Source: Auanema rhodensis
Taxonomy: Eukaryota; Animalia; Nematoda
Direction: 5' to 3'
NCBI GenBank assembly: GCA_964057225.1
Contig: OZ059900.1
Coordinates: 16,306,001 to 16,370,000 of the forward strand
DNA: 64,000 nucleotides
Shown: positions 53,801 to 64,000 of the stretch, piece after piece
How the letters are laid out: the number at the start of each line of letters is the position of its first letter
How positions within the stretch are numbered: position 1 is the stretch's first letter
The notes under the pieces: generated by a model
Seen by the model: the letters and a program-made list of their open reading frames with translations, nothing else
What the model was told of the DNA's origin: nothing
Database searches by the model: none
Position numbers and translations under genes: made by a program

Positions 53801-56800
53801 AATATTAGCCATAAGGGGCGTGCCCTCAGAATATGCTAATTTCCTTAATTTTCTAACCCCTGTTTTTTTGTCGTGAAAGTGGAACTACACGTTGTACGAA
53901 CAATTTTGAGCTAGGTTTCATTGACATTGCATGAGTTTGAACACATGAAATCGTAAGTCAAAACCTTGTTTACAGCGAAATTTCCAAAAACTGGTTTTCC
54001 AGCATAATAAAATATTTCTCATGAGAAATACTGTGTTTTCGTATTTTTCTAGTGTTCAGCATGTAAAATGCTTCATTTTAGTATGTAACACGCTGAAATT
54101 CGTTGCATTTGACGACTCATATGAACAAAAATCGATTTAATCAATATTAGCCATAAGGGGCGTGCCCTCAGAATATGCTAATTTCCTTAATTTTCTAACC
54201 CCTGTTTTTTTGTCGTGAAAGTGGAACTAGACGTTGTACGAACAATTTTGAGCTAGGTTTCATTGACATTGCATGAGTTTGAACACATGAAATCGTAAGT
54301 CAAAACCTTGTTTACAGCGAAATTTCCAAAAACTGGTTTTCCAGCATAATAAAATATTTCTCATGGGAAATACTGTGTTTTTGTATTTTACTAGTGTTCA
54401 GCATGTAAAATGCTTCATTTTAGTATGTAACACGCTGAAATTCGTTGCATTTGACGACTCATATGAACAAAAATCGATTTAATCAATATTAGCCATAAGG
54501 GGCGTGCCCTCAGAATATGCTAATTTCCTTCATTTTCTAACCCCTGTTTTTTTGTCGTGAAAGTGGAACTAGACGTTGTACGAACAATTTTGAGCTAGGT
54601 TTCATTGACATTGCATGAGTTTGAACACATGAAATCGTAAGTCAAAACCTTGTTTACAGCGAAATTTCCAAAAACTGGTTTTCCAGCATAATAAAATATT
54701 TCTCATGGGAAATACTGTGTTTTTGTATTTTTCTAGTGTTCAGCATGTAAAATGCTTCATTTTAGTATGTAACACGCTGAAATTCGTTGCATTTGACGAC
54801 TCATATGAACAAAAATCGATTTAATCAATATTAGCCATAAGGGGCGTGCCCTCAGAATATGCTAATTTCCTTAATTTTCTAACCCCTGTTTTTTTTGTCG
54901 TGAAAGTGGAACTAGACGTTGTACGAATAATTTTGAGCTAGGTTTCATTGACATTGCATGAGTTTGAACACATGAAATCGTAAGTCAAAACCTTGTTTAC
55001 AGCGAAATTTCCAAAAACTGGTTTTCCAGCATAATAAAATATTTCTCATGGGAAATACTGTGTTTTTGTATTTTTCTAGTGTTCAGCATGTAAAATGCTT
55101 CATTTTAGTATGTAACACGCTGAAATTCGTTGCATTCGACGACTCATATGAACAAAAATCGATTTAATCAATATTAGCCATAAGGGGCGTGCCCTCAGAA
55201 TATGCTAATTTCCTTAATTTTCTAACCCCTGTTTTTTTGTCGTGAAAGTGGAACTACACGTTGTACGAACAATTTTGAGCTAGGTTTCATTGACATTGCA
55301 TGAGTTTGAACACATGAAATCGTAAGTCAAAACCTTGTTTACAGCGAAATTTCCAAAAACTGGTTTTCCAGCATAATAAAATATTTCTCATGGGAAATAC
55401 TGTGTTTTCGTATTTTTCTAGTGTTCAGCATGTAAAATGCTTCATTTTAGTATGTAACACGCTGAAATTCGTTGCATTTGACGACTCATATGAACAAAAA
55501 TCGATTTAATCAATATTAGCCATAAGGGGCGTGCCCTCAGAATATGCTAATTTCCTTAATTTTCTAACCCCTGTTTTTTTGTCGTGAAAGTGGAACTAGA
55601 CGTTGTACGAACAATTTTGAGCTAGGTTTCATTGACATTGCATGAGTTTGAACACATGAAATCGTAAGTCAAAACCTTGTTTACAGCGAAATTTCCAAAA
55701 ACTGGTTTTCCAGCATAATAAAATATTTCTCATGAGAAATACTGTGTTTTTGTATTTTTCTAGTGTTCAGCATGTAAAATGCTTCATTTTAGTATGTAAC
55801 ACGCTGAAATTCGTTGCATTTGACGACTCATATGAACAAAAATCGATTTAATCAATATTAGCCATAAGGGGCGTGCCCTCAGAATATGCTAATTTCCTTA
55901 ATTTTCTAACCCCTGTTTTTTTGTCGTGAAAGTGGAACTAGACGTTGTACAAACAATTTTGAGCTAGGTTTCATAGACATTGCATGAGTTTGAACACATG
56001 AAATCGTAAGTCAAAACCTTGTTTACAGAGAAATTTCCAAAAACTGGTTTTCCAGCATAATAAAATATTTCTCATGAGAAATACTGTGTTTTTGTATTTT
56101 TCTAGTGTTCAGCATGTAAAATGCTTCATTTTAGTATGTAACACGCTGAAATTCGTTGCATTTGACGACTCATATGAACAAAAATCGATTTAATCAATAT
56201 TAGCCATAAGGGGCGTGCCCTCAGAATATGCTAATTTCCTTAATTTTCTAACCCCTGTTTTTTTGTCGTGAAAGTGGAACTAGACGTTGTACAAACATTT
56301 TTGAGCTAGGTTTCATTGACATTGCATGAGTTTGAACACATGAAATCGTAAGTCAAAACCTTGTTTACAGCGAAATTTCCAAAAACTGGTTTTCCAGCAT
56401 AATAAAATATTTCTCATGGGAAATACTGTGTTTTTGTATTTCTCTAGTGTTCAGCATGTAAAATGCTTCATTTTAGTATGTAACACGCTGAAATTCGTTG
56501 CATTTGACGACTCATATGAACAAAAATCGATTTAATCAATATTAGCCATAAGGGGCGTGCCCTCAGAATATGCTAATTTCCTTAATTTTCTAACCCCTGT
56601 TTTTTTGTCGTGAAAGTGGAACTAGACGTTGTACGAACAATTTTGAGCTACGTTTCATTGACATTGCATGAGTTTGAACACATGAAATCGTAAGTCAAAA
56701 CCTTGTTTACAGCGAAATTTCCAAAAACTGGTTTTCCAGCATAATAAAATATTTCTCATGGGAAATACTGTGTTTTTGTATTTTTCTAGTGTTCAGCATG

Positions 56801-59631
56801 TAAAATGCTTCATATTAGTATGTAACACGCTGAAATTCGTTGCATTTGACGACTCATATGAACAAAAATCGATTTAATCAATATTAGCCATAAGGGGCGT
56901 GCCCTCAGAATATGCTAATTTCCTTAATTTTCTAGCCCCTGTTTTTTTGTCGTGAAAGTGGAACTAGACGTTGTACGAACAATTTTGAGCTAAGTTTCAT
57001 TGACATTGCATGAGTTTGAACACATGAAATCGTAAGTCAAAACCTTGTTTACAGCGAAATTTCCAAAAACTGGTTTTCCAGCATAATAAAATATTTCTCA
57101 TGGGAAATACTGTGTTTTTGTATTTTTCTAGTGTTCAGCATGTAAAATGCTTCATTTTAGTATGTAACACGCTGAAATTCGTTGCATTCGACGACTCATA
57201 TGAACAAAAATCGATTTAATCAATATTAGCCATAAGGGGCGTGCCCTCAGAATATGCTAATTTCCTTAATTTTCTAACCCCTGTTTTTTTGTCGTGAAAG
57301 TGGAACTAGACGTTGTACGAACAATTTTGAGCTAGGTTTCATTGACATTGCATGAGTTTGAACACATGAAATCGTAAGTCAAAACCTTGTTTACAGCGAA
57401 ATTTCCAAAAACTGGTTTTCCAGCATAATAAAATATTTCTCATGGGAAATACTGTGTTTTTGTATTTTTCTAGTGTTCAGCATGTAAAATGCTTCATTTT
57501 AGTATGTAACACGCTGAAATTCGTTGCATTTGACGACTCATATGAACAAAAATCGATTTAATCAATATTAGCCATAAGGGGTGTGCCCTCAGAATATGCT
57601 AATTTCCTTAATTTTCTAACCCTTGTTTTTTTGTCGTGAAAGTGGAACTAGACGTTGTACGAACAATTTTGAGCTAGGTTTCATTGACATTGCATGAGTT
57701 TGAACACATGAAATCGTAAGTCAAAACCTTGTTTACAGCGAAATTTCCAAAAACTGGTTTTCCAGCATAATAAAATATTTCTCATGGGAAATACTGTGTT
57801 TTTGTATTTTTCTAGTGTTCAGCATGTAAAATGCTTCATTTTAGTATGTAACACGCTGAAATTCGTTGCATTTGACGACTCATATGAACAAAAATCGATT
57901 TAATCAATATTAGCCATAAGGGGCGTGCCCTCAGAATATGCTAATTTCCTTAATTTTCTAACCCCTGTTTTTTTGTCGTGAAAGTGGAACTAGACGTTGT
58001 ACGAACAATTTTGAGCTAGGTTTCATTGACATTGCATGAGTTTGAACACATGAAATCGTAAGTCAAAACCTTGTTTACAGCGAAATTTCCAAAAACTGGT
58101 TTTCCAGCATAATAAAATATTTCTCATGAGAAATACTGTGTTTTTGTATTTTTCTAGTGTTCAGCATGTAAAATGCTTCATTTTAGTATGTAACACGCTG
58201 AAATTCGTTGCATTTGACGACTCATATGAACAAAAATCGATTTAATCAATATTAGCCATAAGGGGCGTGCCCTCAGAATATGCTAATTTCCTTAATTTTC
58301 TAACCCCTGTTTTTTTGTCGTGAAAGTGGAACTAGACGTTGTACAAACAATTTTGAGCTAGGTTTCATAGACATTGCATGAGTTTGAACACATGAAATCG
58401 TAAGTCAAAACCTTGTTTACAGAGAAATTTCCAAAAACGGGTTTTCCAGCATAATAAAATATTTCTCATGAGAAATACTGTGTTTTTGTATTTTTCTAGT
58501 GTTCAGCATGTAAAATGCTTCATTTTAGTATGTAACACGCTGAAATTCGTTGCATTTGACGACTCATATGAACAAAAATCGATTTAATCAATATTAGCCA
58601 TAAGGGGCGTGCCCTCAGAATATGCTAATTTCCTTAATTTTCTAACCCCTGTTTTTTTGTCGTGAAAGTGGAACTAGACGTTGTACGAACAATTTTGAGC
58701 TAGGTTTCATTGACATTGCATGAGTTTGAACACATGAAATCGTAAGTCAAAACCTTGTTTACAGCGAAATTTCCAAAAACTGGTTTTCCAGCATAATAAA
58801 ATATTTCTCATGAGAAATACTGTGTTTTTGTATTTTTCTAGTGTTCAGCATGTAAAATGCTTCATTTTAGTATGTAACACGCTGAAATTCGTTGCATTTG
58901 ACGACTCATATGAACAAAAATCGATTTAATCAATATTAGCCATAAGGGGCGTGCCCTCAGAATATGCTAATTTCCTTAATTTTCTAACCCTTGTTTTTTT
59001 GTCGTGAAAGTGGAACTAGACGTTGTACGAACAATTTTGAGCTAGGTTTCATTGACATTGCATGAGTTTGAACACATGAAATCGTAAGTCAAAACCTTGT
59101 TTACAGCGAAATTTCCAAAAACTGGTTTTCCAGCATAATAAAATATTTCTCATGGGAAATACTGTGTTTTTGTATTTTTCTAGTGTTCAGCATGTAAAAT
59201 GCTTCATTTTAGTATGTAACACGCTGAAATTCGTTGCATTCGACGACTCATATGAACAAAAATCGATTTAATCAATATTAGCCATAAGGGGCGTGCCCTC
59301 AGAATATGCTAATTTCCTTAATTTTCTAACCCTTGTTTTTTTGTCGTGAAAGTGGAACTAGACGTTGTACGAACAATTTTGAGCTAGGTTTCATTGACAT
59401 TGCATGAGTTTGAACACATGAAATCGTAAGTCAAAACCTTGTTTACAGCGAAATTTCCAAAAACTGGTTTTCCAGCATAATAAAATATTTCTCATGGGAA
59501 ATACTGTGTTTTTGTATTTTTCTAGTGTTCAGCATGTAAAATGCTTCATTTTAGTATGTAACACGCTGAAATTCGTTGCATTTGACGACTCATATGAACA
59601 AAAATCGATTTAATCAATATTAGCCATAAGG
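41846..59631 (+). repeat. Tandem duplication of a 26-monomer block (period 8893 bp): 41846-50738 and 50739-59631
   Basis: Rare markers are all offset by 8893: CTAAAC 41917/50810, ACGCTGTA 43631/52524, 8-T run 45996/54889, AAAACGGG 49546/58439. 8893 = 26x342+1. Confidence 0.92.
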
Positions 59632-60999
59632 GGCGTGCCCTCAGAATATGCTAATTTCCTTAATTTTCTAACCCCTGTTTTTTTGTCGTGAAAGTGGAAC
59701 TAGACGTTGTACGAACAATTTTGAGCTAGGTTTCATTGACATTGCATGAGTTTGAACACATGAAATCGTAAGTCAAAACCTTGTTTACAGCGAAATTTCC
59801 AAAAACTGGTTTTCCAGCATAATAAAATATTTCTCATGAGAAATACTGTGTTTTTGTATTTTTCTAGTGTTCAGCATGTAAAATGCTTCATTTTAGTATG
59901 TAACACGCTGAAATTCGTTGCATTTGACGACTCATATGAACAAAAATCGATTTAATCAATATTAGCCATAAGGGGTGTGCCCTCAGAATATGCTAATTTC
60001 CTTAATTTTCTAACCCCTGTTTTTTTGTCGTGAAAGTGGAACTAGACGTTGTACGAACAATTTTGAGCTAGGTTTCATTGACATTGCATGAGTTTGAACA
60101 CATGAAATCGTAAGTCAAAACCTTGTTTACAGCGAAATTTCCAAAAACTGGTTTTCCAGCATAATAAAATATTTCTCATGGGAAATACTGTGTTTTTGTA
60201 TTTTTCTAGTGTTCAGCATGTAAAATGCTTCATTTTAGTATGTAACACGCTGAAATTCGTTGCATTCGACGACTCATATGAACAAAAATCGATTTAATCA
60301 ATATTAGCCATAAGGGGCGTGCCCTCAGAATATGCTAATTTCCTTAATTTTCTAACCCTTGTTTTTTTGTCGTGAAAGTGGAACTAGACGTTGTACGAAC
60401 AATTTTGAGCTAGGTTTCATTGACATTGCATGAGTTTGAACACATGAAATCGTAAGTCAAAACCTTGTTTACAGCGAAATTTCCAAAAACTGGTTTTCCA
60501 GCATAATAAAATATTTCTCATGGGAAATACTGTGTTTTTGTATTTTTCTAGTGTTCAGCATGTAAAATGCTTCATTTTAGTATGTAACACGCTGAAATTC
60601 GTTGCATTCGACGACTCATATGAACAAAAATCGATTTAATCAATATTAGCCATAAGGGGCGTGCCCTCAGAATATGCTAATTTCCTTAATTTTCTAACCC
60701 TTGTTTTTTTGTCGTGAAAGTGGAACTAGACGTTGTACGAACAATTTTGAGCTAGGTTTCATTGACATTGCATGAGTTTGAACACATGAAATCGTAAGTC
60801 AAAACCTTGTTTACAGCGAAATTTCCAAAAACTGGTTTTCCAGCATAATAAAATATTTCTCATGGGAAATACTGTGTTTTTGTATTTTTCTAGTGTTCAG
60901 CATGTAAAATGCTTCATTTTAGTATGTAACACGCTGAAATTCGTTGCATTTGACGACTCATATGAACAAAAATCGATTTAATCAATATTAGCCATAAGG

Positions 61000-63393
61000 G
61001 GCGTGCCCTCAGAATATGCTAATTTCCTTAATTTTCTAACCCCTGTTTTTTTGTCGTGAAAGTGGAACTAGACGTTGTACGAACAATTTTGAGCTAGGTT
61101 TCATTGACATTGCATGAGTTTGAACACATGAAATCGTAAGTCAAAACCTTGTTTACAGCGAAATTTCCAAAAACTGGTTTTCCAGCATAATAAAATATTT
61201 CTCATGAGAAATACTGTGTTTTTGTATTTTTCTAGTGTTCAGCATGTAAAATGCTTCATTTTAGTATGTAACACGCTGAAATTCGTTGCATTTGACGACT
61301 CATATGAACAAAAATCGATTTAATCAATATTAGCCATAAGGGGCGTGCCCTCAGAATATGCTAATTTCCTTAATTTTCTAACCCCTGTTTTTTTGTCGTG
61401 AAAGTGGAACTAGACGTTGTACAAACAATTTTGAGCTAGGTTTCATAGACATTGCATGAGTTTGAACACATGAAATCGTAAGTCAAAACCTTGTTTACAG
61501 AGAAATTTCCAAAAACTGGTTTTCCAGCATAATAAAATATTTCTCATGAGAAATACTGTGTTTTTGTATTTTTCTAGTGTTCAGCATGTAAAATGCTTCA
61601 TTTTAGTATGTAACACGCTGAAATTCGTTGCATTTGACGACTCATATGAACAAAAATCGATTTAATCAATATTAGCCATAAGGGGCGTGCCCTCAGAATA
61701 TGCTAATTTCCTTAATTTTCTAACCCCTGTTTTTTTGTCGTGAAAGTGGAACTAGACGTTGTACGAACATTTTTGAGCTAGGTTTCATTGACATTGCATG
61801 AGTTTGAACACATGAAATCGTAAGTCAAAACCTTGTTTACAGCGAAATTTCCAAAAACTGGTTTTCCAGCATAATAAAATATTTCTCATGGGAAATACTG
61901 TGTTTTCGTATTTTTCTAGTGTTCAGCATGTAAAATGCTTCATTTTAGTATGTAACACGCTGAAATTCGTTGCATTTGACGAATCATATGAACAAAAATC
62001 GATTTAATCAATATTAGCCATAAGGGGCGTGCCCTCAGAATATGCTAATTTCCTTAATTTTCTAACCCCTGTTTTTTTGTCGTGAAAGTGGAACTAGACG
62101 TTGTACGAACAATTTTGAGCTACGTTTCATTGACATTGCATGAGTTTGAACACATGAAATCGTAAGTCAAAACCTTGTTTACAGCGAAATTTCCAAAAAC
62201 TGGTTTTCCAGCATAATAAAATATTTCTCATGGGAAATACTGTGTTTTTGTATTTTTCTAGTGTTCAGCATGTAAAATGCTTCATATTAGTATGTAACAC
62301 GCTGAAATTCGTTGCATTTGACGACTCATATGAACAAAAATCGATTTAATCAATATTAGCCATAAGGGGCGTGCCCTCAGAATATGCTAATTTCCTTAAT
62401 TTTCTAGCCCCTGTTTTTTTGTCGTGAAAGTGGAACTAGACGTTGTACGAACAATTTTGAGCTAAGTTTCATTGACATTGCATGAGTTTGAACACATGAA
62501 ATCGTAAGTCAAAACCTTGTTTACAGCGAAATTTCCAAAAACTGGTTTTCCAGCATAATAAAATATTTCTCATGGGAAATACCGTGTTTTCGTATTTTCC
62601 TAGTGTTCAGCATGTAAAATGCTTCATTTTAGTATGTAACACGCTGAAATTCGTTGCATTCGACGACTCATATGAACAAAAATCGATTTAATCAATATTA
62701 GCCATAAGGGGCGTGCCCTCAGAATATGCTAATTTCCTTAATTTTCTAACCCCTGTTTTTTTGTCGTGAAAGTGGAACTAGACGTTGTACGAACAATTTT
62801 GAGCTAGGTTTCATTGACATTGCATGAGTTTGAACACATGAAATCGTAAGTCAAAACCTTGTTTACAGCGAAATTTCCAAAAACTGGTTTTCCAGCATAA
62901 TAAAATATTTCTCATGGGAAATACTGTGTTTTTGTATTTTTCTAGTGTTCAGCATGTAAAATGCTTCATTTTAGTATGTAACACGCTGAAATTCGTTGCA
63001 TTTGACGACTCATATGAACAAAAATCGATTTAATCAATATTAGCCATAAGGGGTGTGCCCTCAGAATATGCTAATTTCCTTAATTTTCTAACCCCTGTTT
63101 TTTTGTCGTGAAAGTGGAACTAGACGTTGTACGAACAATTTTGAGCTAGGTTTCATTGACATTGCATGAGTTTGAACACATGAAATCGTAAGTCAAAACC
63201 TTGTTTACAGCGAAATTTCCAAAAACTGGTTTTCCAGCATAATAAAATATTTCTCATGGGAAATACTGTGTTTTTGTATTTTTCTAGTGTTCAGCATGTA
63301 AAATGCTTCATATTAGTATGTAACACGCTGAAATTCGTTGCATTTGACGACTCATATGAACAAAAATCGATTTAATCAATATTAGCCATAAGG
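61000..63393 (+). repeat. Third, more diverged copy of a 7-monomer sub-block also found at 46635-49028 and 55528-57921
   Basis: Same ordered markers: ATGAGA; CAAAC+CATAGAC+CAGAGA; AACATTTT; CTACG+CATATT; TAGCCC+CTAAG; consensus; GGTGTG. Confidence 0.82.
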
Positions 63394-64000
63394 GGCGTGC
63401 CCTCTGAATATGCTAATTTCCTTAATTTTCTAACCCCTGTTTTTTTGTCGTGAAAGTGGAACTAGACGTTGTACGAACAATTTTGAGCTAGGTTTCATTG
63501 ACATTGCATGAGTTTGAACACATGAAATCGTAAGTCAAAACCTTGTTTACAGCGAAATTTCCAAAAACTGGTTTTCCAGCATAATAAAATATTTCTCATG
63601 GGAAATACTGTGTTTTTGTATTTTTCTAGTGTTCAGCATGTAAAATGCTTCATATTAGTATGTAACACGCTGAAATTCGTTGCATTTGACGACTCATATG
63701 AACAAAAATCGATTTAATCAATATTAGCCATAAGGGGCGTGCCCTCAGAATATGCTAATTTCCTTAATTTTCTAACCCCTGTTTTTTTGTCGTGAAAGTG
63801 GAACTAGACGTTGTACGAACAATTTTGAGCTAAGTTTCATTGACATTGCATGAGTTTGAACACATGAAATCGTAAGTCAAAACCTTGTTTACAGCGAAAT
63901 TTCCAAAAACTGGTTTTCCAGCATAATAAAATATTTCTCATGGGAAATACTGTGTTTTTGTTTTTTTCTAGTGTTCAGCATGTAAAATGCTTCATTTTAG

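Larger units (their letters stand above)
1..64000. repeat. Tandem satellite DNA array, 342-bp monomer, ~180 copies, probably (peri)centromeric heterochromatin; runs off both window ends
   Basis: GGCGTGCCCTCAG recurs at 1, 343, then 2153, 2495, 2837 and onward in steps of 342. Monomers are nearly identical. 115/342 bases are G+C in monomer 1. No unique sequence anywhere. The centromeric role is inferred from monomer size, homogeneity and AT richness. Confidence 0.98.

Noticed and set aside
1-64000. CRISPR array or repeat-spacer system
   Set aside because: No unique spacers and no cas genes; whole 342-bp units are repeated.

Overview
The whole 64-kb window is one head-to-tail satellite DNA array. 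It has about 180 copies of a 342-bp, AT-rich monomer (about 34% GC, counted on monomer 1, nt 1-342), and copies differ at only a few SNPs each. I see no unique sequence, credible gene, RNA gene, transposon or CRISPR array. The four ORFs in the track are by-products of single SNPs in the monomer. The array looks like a eukaryotic centromeric or pericentromeric satellite, but the species cannot be assigned from sequence alone. Its internal structure has five notable layers. (1) A 491-bp monomer variant (149-bp internal duplication at CATAA microhomology) occurs 13 times and forms its own tandem runs. (2) A 487-bp monomer variant occurs 4 times, with a 245-bp inverted segment and an 11-bp templated insert, a template-switch signature that creates a ~123-bp inverted repeat. 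(3) SNP-defined duplications and higher-order repeats of 3, 5, 6 and 26 monomers are nested in the array. (4) All structural variants lie left of about 26.5 kb. (5) The monomer itself contains dyad symmetries, a CENP-B-box-like motif and traces of an ancient ~171-bp dimer. All alignments were done by eye.
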